From Mobula hypostoma (taxonomy: Eukaryota), in NCBI RefSeq assembly GCF_963921235.1, contig NC_086097.1:227976001-228040000 (forward strand): 64,000 bases of DNA, read 5' to 3'. Made by a program: the position numbers and the translations under genes. The notes under the pieces were generated by a model that saw only the letters and a program-made list of their open reading frames with translations, searched no databases and was not told where the DNA came from. Shown here one piece after another: positions 11,205 to 23,600 of the stretch; position 1 is the first letter of the stretch; each line of letters starts with the position of its first letter.

Positions 11205-13980
11205 AGACCCCACTTGGAGTACTGTGCTCACCTCACTAAAGGAAGGATGAGGAAACTACAGAAAGGATGCAGGGGAGATTTACAAGGTTGTTGCCTGGAT
11301 TGGGGAGCATGCCTTATGAGAATAGGTTGAATGAACTTGGTCTTTTCTCCTTGGAGCAATGGAGGATGAGAGGTGACCTGATAGAGGTTTATAAGATGAT
11401 GAGAGGCAATGATCATGTGGATAGTCAAAGGCTTTTTCCCAGGACTGAAATGGCCAACACAAGAGGGCACAGTTTTAAGGTGCTTGGAAGCAAGTACAGA
11501 GGAGATGTTAGGGGTAATTTTTTTACGCAGAGAATGGTGAGTGCATAGAATGGGCTGCCAGTGACAGTGGTGGAGGTGGATACAATAGGGTCTTTTAAGA
11601 GATTCTTGGATAGGTACATGGAGCTTAGAAAAATAGAGGGCTATGGGTAACTGAGATAATTTCTAAAGCAAGTACATGTTCAGCACATCATTGTGGGCCG
11701 AAGGGCCTGTATTGTGCTGTAGGTTTTCTATGTTCTATGTTTCTATGTTCTAAATAAGCTAACGTAGCATTAGATACACAACATCCACAAGAAAAACATA
11801 AGGTAAACAAAAATTTATGTAATTGTTGTAAGATGGAATGTAATTAGAACAATAAAATGGAAAGAAACAAATTTTGGATTTTGTTTGAACATTTCACCAC
11901 AAAAAAAACTGAATAAATTTTTAATAGATTAAATTTTTAGAATTTAAGAATCTACCTGTAGCGTAAAAGGCTTTTGGCATCCTGGCATTCATAAGTCAAA
12001 GCATTATAAGGGTTGGGGTGTTATGGGGAGGTTGTATAAGACATTGGTGAGGCCAAATTTAGAGTATTGTGTACAGTTCTGGTCACCTAACTATAGGAAG
12101 GTTATCAGTAAGATTGAAAGAGTGCAGAGAAGACTTTACTAGGATGTTGCCAGGTCTTCAGGAGTTGAGTTACAGGGAAAGATTGAACAGGTTAGAACTT
12201 TATTCCTTGGAGCATAGAAGAATGAGGGGAGATTTGATAGAGGTTTACAAAATTATGAGGGGTACAGACAGAGTAAATGTGAATATGCTCTTTCCACTTA
12301 GATTAGGAGAGATAAATACGAGAGGACATGGCTTTAGGGTGAAAGGGGAAAGGTTTAGGGGGAACTTCTTCACTCAGAGAGTGGTGGGAGTGTGGAACGA
12401 GCTGCCATCTGACGTGGTAAATGCAGGCTCACTCTTAAGTTTTAAGAATAAATTGGATAGGTACATGGATGGGAGAGGTCTGGAGGGTTATGGACTGGAT
12501 GCAGGTCAATGGGACTAGCGGTATAATGTTTCGGCACAGAATAGAAGGGCCGAATGGCCTGTTTTCTTTGCTGTAGTGTTCTATGATTCTAAGGGATTCT
12601 ACAGCTATGTTCAGAGCAAACAAATTATAAGGGACACAACTGGTTCTCTGGAAGATCAGAATGGTAATCCACGTGTGGAGCCAAAACAGATGGGGGTGAT
12701 CTTAAGTAAATTTTTTTGCATCTGTATTTACACAAGAGATGGATACAGAATCTATTGAAGTGAGGCAAAGTGGCATTAACTTCATAGACCCTGTATGGAT
12801 TATAGAGGAGAAGGTGTTTGCTATCCCGAGACAGATCAGGGTGGATAGATCTCAATGGCCTAACAAGGTGTTCCCTCGGACTGTATGGGAGGCAAGTGAG
12901 GTAATTGCCAGAGCCCTAGCAGAGATATTTAAATCATCCTTAGCAACAGGAGAGGTGCCAGAGGATTGAAGGATAGCCAATGATTTTTATTGTTTAAGAA
13001 AGGCTCTAAACATAAACCAGGAAATTATAGGCCAGTGAGTCTGATATCAGTTGTGGGAAAATTATTGGAAGGTATTCTAAGTGACTATATATACAAGTAT
13101 TTAGATAGCGATGGACTGGTTAAGGACAGTCAGCAGGGCTTCATGCACAATAGGTCACATCTACCTAATCTTATAGAGCTTTGTGAGGAAGGTTTCCAGG
13201 AATGTTGATGAAGGCAAGACAATGGAGGTTGTCTGAATGGATTTTAGCATGGCATCTTATGTGGTCCTGCATGGGAGATTGGTCAAGAAAGTTCTGTTGC
13301 TTGGCATTCAGGATAAGGTAGTAAACTGGATTAGACATTGGCTTTACGGCAGAAGCCAGAGAGTGATAGTAGATGGTTGCCTTGCTGACTGGAGGCCCGT
13401 AACTAGTGGTGTGCCGCAGGGATCAGTGCTGAATCCATTGTTATTTGTCATCTATGATCAACGATCTGGATGATAGTTTAGTTAACTGGATTAGCAAATT
13501 TGCAGATGACACCAAATTGGGGTGTAGTGGACAGCAAAGAAGGCTATCATGGCTTGCAGAGTGATCTGCATAAGCTAGAAAAATGGGTAGAAAATAGGTT
13601 AGAATTACTTAGAACATAGAAGATTGAGAGGAGATTTAACGGAGATATACAAAATTATGAAGGTTATAGACAGGGTAAATGCAAGGCTTTTTCCACTGAA
13701 GTTGGGTGGGACTACAGCCATGGGTTAAGTGTGAAAGGTGAAAAATTTAAGGGGATCATGAAGGGAAACTTCTTCACTAAGAGGATTGTGAGAGTGTAGA
13801 ATGAGCTGTCAGCAGAAGTAGTACATGTGAACTCGATTTCAATGATTAAATCAAGTTTGAAGAGGTACATAGATAGTAGGAGTATGGAGGGCTGTGGTTC
13901 TGGTCCAAGTAGATGGGCGTAGGCATGGAAAAAATGGGCCGAAGGGCCTGTTTTTGCACTGTACTTCTCAATGACTCTAG
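11205..13980 (+). mobile_element. Cluster of CR1 fragments (3' ends at ~11205-11750 and ~11965-12590; RT fragment at ~12590-13980)
   Basis: Motifs RMRGDLIEVYK, NFFTQRVV, PGNYRPVSL and SGVPQGSVL; ttctatg-type tails. Confidence 0.9.
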
Positions 13981-15059
13981 TTGGCTGATAGCTAGGTTGA
14001 ATGGAAAAAAGTAAATAAAAGATGGCTAATAAGATTAATTGAAAATTGTTTCTCCCAAATTCAAAATAATTAGCAACCCAGCAGCTTACACAAATGAAGA
14101 GATACTTAATAGGATGCTCAGTTTACCGAACATCCAGCCACTCCACATTTTTGTATTTTAGAAATAATTCTACAGTATCACTTATAATTTTTAATAATCA
14201 AACCATTGCCTAGACATGAATTTTAAGTTTGTTCATTAGCCCCATTTGCAATTGCATTAATAAAACCATGTTCAGTGAATCTCACTCAAAGCGCTGAGTG
14301 CACTTCAAGCTGAAACTCTTCATGGGAGATGGAGATTGTAAATGGGGGTGCCTTACGTTGCTTGATGTATTTATGGCAGATTTAAACTTGTTTCACTCTT
14401 GGAAGATGCATCTGATTTATTAGGGGGTAGTACAACCCAACATTTTAAATCAATTTATGGTCTATTGCTCTCTTGCCATTAGACTTATACAAGAGAAAGA
14501 GTAAAGCAGTTAGTTCCTCAAAGACCCCAAATAGACGGAATGGGACAAATGGGTTCCAATTGTGCTGTAGAATTATATAATTTTATAAGTCTGCACACAA
14601 TGTCACCAACTTTCAGCCACAATTTATTCAATTTCTAATCGACGTGCTGCCACTTTTAATAGTATTGTACCATACGTGTAATAATGGAAAACCTGACAAA
14701 TTAGAATTTCTGATTTCCATTGGTATGATTAATATTACTGGGTGATAATAACTTTCTATGCAATAAACTCTTTCACGTACTCACTGATTATTTTCCCCAA
14801 ATATAACAATTCTTACAAATAAATGTTCCTGCCCTCAAGGTAATCTTTTCTTACATATTCAAGAGTTGTTTGGATTTTGAACTAGATTCCAATTTTTTTT
14901 TTACTGTTTCAAGTACTACTCGTGAATATGATAATATTGTCAAGGAGTTTGTCATAGCAGAACCTGCTTTGAATGTCTAGCAGATTGCACCTAGGTATAG
15001 TGCCAGTATTTCTAGCCAGTTGGGTGCTTTCTGGTTATATCATCAACTTCTGCAATGAC

Positions 15060-15157
15060 TGTCCTACTGAAGGGTCTTGGCTCAAAACGTTGACTATACT
15101 CTTTCCCATAGATGCTGCCTGGCCTGCTGAGTTCCTGCAGCATTTTGTGTGTGTTGT
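15060..15157 (+). mobile_element. Penelope-derived short repeat with a decayed hammerhead core
   Basis: ctactgaagggtcttggctcaaaacgtt...gatgctgcctggcctgctgagttcc, homologous to 27070-27141 and 57828-57950. Confidence 0.7.
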
Positions 15158-15164
15158 CTGAGTT

Positions 15165-15560
15165 TACCTCGTTCATTTGTTATGTGCCATGTTGTATGGC
15201 ATAGGTGATCATGGTCTTTCCATTACCAGGATTGTGCTTGGCAAATTGTTCTACAAAAGTGGTTTGCCGTTGCTTTCTTCTGGGCAGTGTCTTTACAGAT
15301 GGATGACACCAATACTCTGAAGGTTGTATGCCTGGCGTCTGTGGTCGCATAACCAGGACTCGTGATATGCACCAGCTGCTCATGTGACCATCCACCACTT
15401 GCTCGCATGGCTTCATGTGACTCAGACTGGCGGAGGGGGGGCGAGGGGAACCTGCTAAGCAGATGCTACACCTTGCCCAAGGGTAACCTGCAAGCCAGCA
15501 GAGGGAAGGAGTACCTTAAACCTCCTTTGGTACAAACATATCTTCATCCCGCCACCCAAG
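15165..15560 (-). mobile_element. SINE with an RTE/BovB-like 3' end
   Basis: Minus strand reads cagaagaaagcaacggcaaaccacttttgtag...tttgccaag, similar to the RTE/BovB 3' motif. Confidence 0.5.
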
Positions 15561-16360
15561 AGTTTACATAGCATTCCAAATATTAAAAATGAAATATTTA
15601 CAACATATGATATCACAAATTAAAAACTTGAAACACTTAAAATACTTAAACTTAAAAAGAAATAATCTAAATTCTACCACCTACTTTACTCCTTTGCAAT
15701 TATGTTAGATCTCCTAATACTTAGCGCTATTCTTCTTCTGATACGAATGTCAGAGAATTTCTTAGGCCATTTCCAATGTGCTAGTGCAGGTTCACCATCA
15801 TAAATGGCATGGCGTCTCTACAAATGCTCTGGGAGTCTGAGGTTGTAGTGATGTGGTGTCCGACGTCAAATGCAATTAGCAAAGCACCAGCGAATAGTGA
15901 TTAGCAAGTCTGGGACATCCACATTGATGCAGAGCTATGCAAAATGTCAATCTGCTGGCACTTCTATAAGGAAATAGTGGAGGTTCTATGTGAAATTGTT
16001 GGTATTTCCTCATAAAATTCAAATAGCGTTGTAATGTATGGATCTATTTCTTTTAGAGCAATGACTCCCCTTAGCAATTAGGATCAGGTTTATCACCATG
16101 ATCTTCAATGATATGAAATTTGGTGGTTTGTGGCAGCAGCAGGGTGCAAAGACAGAGATGACAACAAATTACAAAATAAATACTGTAGGAAGAGGACTAA
16201 TGAGGGTTAGTGGACCACTCAACACTCCGATGGCCGTGGTGAAGAAGCTCTTTCTGAATAGATGAATGTGGGTCTTCAGGTTCCTGATGCTAGTACTGAG
16301 AAGAGGGCATGTCCTGGACGGTGAGTGTCCTAAATGATAAATGTCTCCTTCTTTAGGCAG

Positions 16361-18197
16361 CACCTTGAAGGGTTCATGGGCGACATAACTATAACAACTG
16401 TGTCACACATCCAAGCAAGATGGGTATTGGAAACCCTGGGTAATGTAGCCACTTGGGCAAGGATGTCCTTCAAGGCTCAGAAGTCCAGGTGCATGGTGAT
16501 CAGAAAGGGCAAAGTTACTAGCAAGTTTAGCCTCCAGGTTCAGGGTGAAGTCAACCCTTCCATTGAAGATAACCCGATAAAACGCTTGGGGAAGTGGCTT
16601 AATGTGTCACTGATAGATGGGGCCAATGTCACCAATGCTGTGAAGCAGACAGAAGAATGGCTGAAGAAGATCGACAAATCTGGACTTCCCGATAAATTCA
16701 AGACCTGGTTCTACCAATACGGCATTCTCCCCAGGCGTCTCTGGCTCTTCACACTTTATGAGTTCCCCATGACTGCCGTAGAGGGCATCGAGAGGAAAAC
16801 CAACAAGCACCTGCGAAGATGGTGGGAGTTCCCCCAAGCTTCTCTTCAGTGGGCCTCTACATTCGTTCTGGGCAACTGAAGCTTCCCCTGTCATCTGTTG
16901 TGGAGGAATTCAAGGTGGCAAAATGCGGAGGTTTATTAAGCTCGAGAGATTCCAATGATGTCTTGGTAAAGCAAGCAGGCATTACAACCAGATCTGGGCA
17001 CAATTGGGCAGCCAATGCAGCTGTGGAGGAGGCAGTATGTTCTCTGAAGCTGTGAGATATCATCGGCAACCCCTGCATCGGGCGGCAAGGCCTCGGCTCA
17101 GTTCACTTCCAGAAGTGGGGAAACGCAAGCATAAGGAACAGGCAAGATATGATACAGGCAGAAGTACGGATCCATGATGAAGGGAAGCGGATATCAAAGG
17201 CAGTGGAACAAGGATCCCAGGGTGCCTGGACAAAATGGGATCCGCAAGATCTCATGGGCAGAGTTATGGAGACTGGAGCCCTTCCGTATTTCCTTCCTCT
17301 TGCGATCCGTGTATGACACCCTTCCTTCACCATTACATCTGTACACATGGGGGATGAGAGAGGACCCAAACTGTAAGCTCTGTGGTCAAAAGGGGACACT
17401 GGCTCATATACTGTCCAGGTGTAAAAAAGCTCTAACTCAAGGACGGTATAGGTGGTGCCATGATAAGGTGTTTCTGGCTCTTGCTGACACACTAGAGCGG
17501 GAGAGATGCAAGAGGATGGCTGGCACAGATATGAGGAAGGCCATCACCTTCATCAAAGAGAGAGCTAGGCCTTTCGTAACCAAACAATCAAAGCCCAATC
17601 TGCTGCTAACGGCCAGGTCCTGGGAGATGAGGGTCGATGTGGGAAGGAGGTTGCAGTTCCCGGATGTGGTGCACACAACCCTACAACCGGATATTGTACT
17701 GTGGTCAACCGAAGACAAGAAAATAATTCTGGTTGAGTTGACTGTGCCGTGGGAGGAGGGATGGGAAGAGGCCCACGAGAGAAAGGCCTTGAAGTACCAG
17801 CCCTTACTGCAGGAGTGTAAAGACAAGGGATGGCAGGCATGGTTTTTCCCTGTGGAGATCGGCTGCAGAGGTTTCCCAGCCAAATCAGCATGGCTGTTGT
17901 TGTCAGATCTGGGCCTGGACAAAAGGAGCAAAAAACAAGCAGCTCGTAGGATGGGGGAAGAGGCAGAATGAGCCTCTTGTTGGATTTGGAGTAGGCGAGA
18001 GGAGGGGAGCTGGAAGCCAGGAGCAGATGGGCAGTGATTTGGCCACCACTGCCGGCCCACCAACTGGAGAGTGTTGTGGTTAAGGGTCGAAACTCGGAAA
18101 AGGTTGGGAACCACCTGATGACATCTGCTCTTGGCTGAAGGCTACGGTTACCTTATAAGGTAACTGGAGAATGCACCCTAACAGGTGTATGTAACAA
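16361..18197 (+). mobile_element. Hero-clade-like non-LTR retrotransposon (R2 superfamily), 5'-truncated: RT C-half, CCHC finger and restriction-like endonuclease
   Basis: FMGD (decayed FMDD), CKLCGQKGTLAHILSRC, RYRWCHDKV, and QPDIVLWS...IILVELTVPWE...ERKALKY. Only a few frameshifts. Confidence 0.85.
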
Positions 18198-18969
18198 GAC
18201 TCTAAGGTCAATCTAAACCTTCCCTCCATGGAAACATAGCTCTCCATGTTTCTATCATCTCTGTGCCTATCTAAGAGCCTGTTTAAAGTGCCCAATGTAT
18301 CTGCTTCTACCACCACCCCTAGCAATGTGTTCCTAACACTCTCCGATTTTAAAAAAAACCTACCTTTAACCTCCCCCTATACTTTATTACAGTACAGGCC
18401 TTTCAGTCCATAATGTTGTGCCAAGCTTTAAATCTACTATGATACAACTATACCTTAGGCCAATGACAGAATACCATTCACAATTCTGATCACTACACCA
18501 CAGGAAGGATGTCATTACACTGTAAAAGAGATACAAACAAGGTGCCTGAGGATGTTGTCTGGGACAGAACATTGCATCTGTGAGAAGACACTGGTTGGGG
18601 TACATTGAGTGGTAAAGGCTGTAGGAGGGCCTGATTACAAATAAAAACTTCTGAGAGGCATTGGTTGGGTAAATAGTGAAAAACTTTCTAATCCCTTAGC
18701 AAAACTGTTTATAACCAGTGAGCAGAGGTTTAAGGCAAGGGTTCAGAGATTTGGAAAGAATGTGAGGAAAATGTTTATCATTCTGAGGGTGGTAGAAATC
18801 GGGAATACCCTGTCAGAGGGTATGGTGGAGTTAAGTGCTCTCACAGCATTTAATTGACCACTTGGAAGGCCAAGGCTTAGAAAGTCACGGGCCTATTGCT
18901 GAAATATTGGAACAGAGTAGATGGGTAGTTGAAGGCTGACATGGTCATGGGGCATAGAAGGATCTGTGT

Positions 18970-19330
18970 TAAGATCATAAGACAAAGGAGCAGAAGTCGG
19001 CCATTCAGCCCATTGAGTCTGCTCCGCCATTTTATCATGAGTTGATCCATTCTCCTATTTAGTCCCATTCCCCTGCCTTCTCACCATAACCTTTGATGCC
19101 CTGGCTATTCAGATACCTATCAATCTCTGCCTTTAATTACACCCAAGGACTTGGCCTCCACTGCTGCCCGTGGCAACAAATTCCATAGATTCACCACCCT
19201 CTGACTAAAAAAATTTCTTCGCATTTCTGTTTTGAATGGGCGCCATTCAATCCTTAAGTCATGCCCTCTCGTACTGGACTCCCCCATCATGGGAAACAAC
19301 TTTGCCACATCCACTCTGTCCATGCCTTAA
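18970..19330 (-). mobile_element. CR1 3' end
   Basis: TRGHDLRI...EMRRNFFSQRVVNLWNLLP followed by the 3' UTR. Confidence 0.85.
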
Positions 19331-19469
19331 TCCACTTTGTCCATGTTGTGTGACTCCAGCCCCATTTATTATCCATGTAATACTTCCAACCACATTGTAT
19401 ATGTATGCCAAACTGTATCCACTAAACCAAGTCAAATCAGACAAGAATGTTCATTATCCTCATAAGATA

Positions 19470-19745
19470 GGCTGGCGCAGTAGCATAGCAGTTAGGCACA
19501 AGCTATTACAGCACCAGTGACCTGTGTTTTATTCCACCGCTGTCTGTAAGGAGATATACGTTCTCCCTGTGTCCACCTCGGTTTCCTCCAGGTGCTCTGA
19601 CTTCCTCCCACATTCCAAAGATGCACGGGTTAGAATTAGTAAGTTGTAGGCATACAATGTTGGGACCGGAAGCATGGCGACACAATCCTCGAACTGTGTC
19701 GGCACACTTCACCGAATGCTATGATTTCCAACACACATGTGAAAA
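19470..19745 (+). mobile_element. V-SINE (HE1-like), followed by a LINE tail with (ATCTA)n to ~19977
   Basis: tRNA-like head and V-domain ggtttcctccaggtgctctgacttcctcccaca. Confidence 0.75.
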
Positions 19746-20441
19746 ATCTTTTACCGTGCCCATGGTCTGTTCCTTATCAAATTGTGGTATTGCTTTGCAT
19801 TGTTGTAACTATATGTTATAATTATGTGGTTTTTGTCAGTTTTTTAGTCTTGGTTTGTCTTGTGTTTCTGTGATATCATACTGGAGGAACATTGTATCAT
19901 TTCTTAATGCATGAATTACCAAATGACAATAAAAGAGGATTGCATGTCCTCATAATCTAATAATCTAATCTAATCTAAAAATAAAACTAATCAAATGATG
20001 TCTCAGATGTTTTTAGAAAAACATTAAAGGAGTTTTCACCCATTTCATGAAGACAGCTGTAGTTAGCGATGTAGTATCATTAGGCATCATTTTCTCCCAG
20101 TTTTTTTTATGCCTGGGAAGAAATACTGCAGCCCCCTGAAATTAGAAAATTGCCTTTAGAACATCACGTTGTCGTATTGCTCATTGTGTGAGGAACAGCA
20201 CAAAAAGGTTGCGCACTGCAGGTTATTTCAGGCACACTCAGATAGTGCGGCTTTCCTGATGGGCACCCTCTAAACTACCTTAAGCTTAAAAACTGATGCA
20301 GAAACCAAGTTTGTGGGCAACCCATAAACCACGTTCATGAAATCCATTCTCCATTTAATAAGCGTCTAGGGATAATTCCCTCCATCTACTATCATTTCAG
20401 ACAAATAGCTTATTGTTCATAAGTATAATCCTGCACCATAC

Positions 20442-20603
20442 CTTCATCAATTGATCTTCCACCCCAGGAACAAGCATGATGCCAGCAACACATGTACCAA
20501 TTAATAGTATAGTTGTATACACCAGTCGTGTTACAATTGAAGTCCTCCCGGTCGGGCAACAGGAGCACACCAGACATGGAGCACCACTGCACAGGCATGG
20601 GAT
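20442..20603 (-). CDS. serinc3: SERINC-family gene, coding exon 2 ([54 protein letters not shown])
   Basis: tttacag| acceptor and |gtatgg donor, 162 nt, phase 0/0. Encodes the Cys-rich PCLCxxAxCLxCxCCP...VTRLxY N-terminal SERINC signature plus the first TM segment. Confidence 0.95.
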
Positions 20604-20714
20604 CTGTAAACAAGAAAATAAGAATTAATTTTAACATAGTATGTATATTAACTCTGTAACCTAGATCCAAAGTTGGAGCAAAGCAAAGCATTTAACCAGA
20701 ATAAGACATTTTAT

Positions 20715-21012
20715 TTATTCTTTTTTATTTATTTAGAGATACAGCGTGGAGTAAGCCCTTCTGAGCTATGCCACCGCACTCAACCCGAGCCTAATCATGG
20801 GACAATTTACAATGACCAATTAACCTACCAGTTGGTATGGTTTTGGACTGTAGGTGGAAACCAGAGCACCTGGAGAAAACCGATGTGGTCATTGGGGGGG
20901 GGGGGGGTAGGGCGGACAAACTCCTTACAGATAACGGCAGAATTGAACTCCAAGCTCCAACACCTCGAACCGTAGTAGGATCGTGCTAACCACTACGTTA
21001 CCATAGCGCCCC
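20715..21012 (-). mobile_element. V-SINE
   Basis: Reverse V-domain ggaaaccagagcacctggagaaaac and head gctaaccactacgttaccatagcgccc. A related partial copy lies at ~28735-28920. Confidence 0.7.
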
Positions 21013-21987
21013 AGGGGAGGCTGCAGGCCAGGCCGCCGGGTCATGTAGCTCCACCCACTCGAAGTGGGCACTGCTGTGTTGCCGATAATTGAAAACTTTA
21101 TATATTTGGAGGCTACAACCCCGACTATGAGGAGCCCGATGGTCCGGAGAATGAAGCCTACTCACTTTTCTATGAACTCTGGCGATATAATTTTGCCTCT
21201 GGTACTCGGCAGCACGCTGATACAGAAGGATTCATGGCCAGAGAGCTAGCACTGACATCAGTTGTTTTACAGGATCATAGCTTGTTGGTGTTTAAAGGCA
21301 CTGGCGTCCCCTTTGGCAAGAGCAGTGGAAACGATGTACAAGTGTGAACATTAACTATAAACAATGGGTTCTGCTTAATTGAAAGTTTAAACTACAAGCA
21401 AATATAATCCATGTTGATCAGGAAAGCAGTGAACAGATGAGTATACAGTCCAGAGATACTTGTGAGAAAGTAAACAAAAACTGCGATATAATGAGTGCAA
21501 TGTAATGGGTTTTCCAGCAACTCTCAAACTATGCCAGGCATTAATATCCTGACCTGGATCTGAACCCAGTATTAAAGATGCAAATGCATTATCGCTTACT
21601 TCATGAGCCAAAAGTCCTCGTAGACAGTACTGAAGCAATGCAATATGTTTGAAGAATTCTTATTTTATTTACATTGACTACTTTCTGACTATGTGCTTTC
21701 TCTACAAGTGGAATTCCTGGCTGACAATGTAGGACAACAAAGTGATCTCTTTGATATTATTCTAGTTGTCCTCCATTTGAACTAATTTCTGGCATCTGTT
21801 GATCTTATAGTAATAACCTGAGGTCACATCTTGCTCATTTCAGAATTATCTGAACTGCATCCTTTTTATTTAGAAGCTAATCATATCCTCAGCAAGCCGA
21901 CAATATTTATCAGTCCGTTAATAAAATGACACCACAGAAAAACTGGCTGACATGCTTCTTTTGAAGAGGCTTTCACAGGCTGTGAAG

Positions 21988-23600
21988 TGTGTTATTATGT
22001 GTGCACGTTATAAAGAATTTTAGCTCCCAGTGTGCAGTGCGGGCGGTTCGGCCAGAACTGCAAGTGACATTGGTGAACAGGTCATACACACTCTTGGTAG
22101 GCAGGAGTGTCCCGAGTAAAATGTGGTTGAGCTGAAGCCATTCTGTAAATAAACTGAGTGTTAATTCTTTTCACCCATGCAAATTTGTCATTATTAAGAA
22201 CAAACATATTATGGTGTCAGAAATCAGTATGAAATCTAAATACGAAGCGTAACTGAATGCCGGAGGTGACTAAAAAAGAGACACTAGGTTCCGACGGAGA
22301 GAAGCTGTGGACCAGAGAGCACGTTGTATCTTGAAGCTGCCAAAGTTCACCGGATTCACTAAGAGAGTACCAGGTGAGAGCCCTAAAATTCTGTAATGGA
22401 TAATCTAAGTCCTCCCACAGCTATGGACTTTACCAGCAATTTAGCTGATGGGAAACACTTCAAACAGCGATTCAGTATATACTTAGCATGAGCAGAGCCC
22501 GCAAGGTGCAGGAAAAATTGAAAGCATCTAGGTTTCTACACATAAATGGACCAGATGTTTTGGACATCTACAACAGCTTTCAAATTAATGAGACAAACAT
22601 TAAGTTGACAAAAATTTGAGAATTATTTTTTCCAAGTAAAAACATCACATTTGCAAGGTGTAAATTATTTTCCTGTGAACAGAAACAAGGGGTTAGCTTT
22701 GACCAATACTTAGCTCAGCTTCACACACTGAGTAAGTCTTGTGCATTTGGAGACTTGAGAGACTCACTAGTCTGAGACCAAATAGTTTGTGGAATCCCAG
22801 ATGATGGGCTCAGAGAAAACTTGCCCTGTGAAAAAAATTTGACACTAGAAAAGCTGTGAATATTTGCAGGGCAGCGGAGATCACACGAGCACAAGCTAAG
22901 GAGCTGCACAGTACATAAACAACACAGCATGTTGTGAAAACAACGGGGCAGAGCACAAAGCATTTCCCAAAATAACAGCATAGCAAAGAGATAGAATCAA
23001 ACGGTAAATGCAGCAAATCTGGAGGTAGGCACATCCCAAAAAAATGTCTTGCTTATGGAAAGTGCTGCAATAATTTTGGGAAGAAAAATGATTTTTCAAA
23101 GTTCTGCAAAGCTGGTGCTACCAAGAGGAAAGTGCATGCTGTTGATGAGGAAATTGAGGAAGTTTTTGCAGATTCTCTGTGCACTGCTGGTGCTGGTAGA
23201 ACAGAATGGATTATTCCAATGACTGTGAATGAGACAGTAATTCCATTCAAGCTTGACTCTGGAGCCCAGGTAAATCTGTTATTGGTGGATGATTACAAGA
23301 TTCTCAAAGTAAGGAGCACGATTTACCTAGTGAAGTTAAAAGTGACAGGCTATACTGGAGAGAATGTTCCAGTAAGAGGAGCCTGTATAGCGACCTTCAG
23401 GCACCAGGGACAGAACCTAAAGGCACAGCTAATGATGGTTGAAAGAGTGTACCGGCAATATTAGGTCTGATTACATGCAAAAGGCTCAACCTGGAGGAAA
23501 GAGTTTTCATAGTGGCTTTACAGATCCAAGATGACCAGGCAAAACTCAATAAAAAATACGCAGATGTCTTTGAGGGGTTCGGATGCTTACCCGATGTAAC
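21988..23600 (+). mobile_element. Gypsy (Mag-like) LTR-retrotransposon 5' remnant: putative LTR, PBS, gag with two Zn knuckles, aspartic protease
   Basis: PBS TGGTGTCAGAA at 22212-22222 after an AATAAA-containing segment. Gag starts MDNLSPP...KHFKQRF and has decayed CCHC motifs at ~23010-23110. Protease motif FKLDSGAQVNLL. Confidence 0.85.

Noticed and set aside
16361..16390. Both RLE retrotransposons (Hero-like and R4-like) are 5'-truncated right at the RT DD motif
   Set aside because: With two cases and no mechanism this is most likely coincidence.
20410..20691. 93-aa ORF from the supplied track overlapping exon 2
   Set aside because: It is a different reading frame of SERINC exon 2 plus intron. 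The spliced frame is the one with family motifs.
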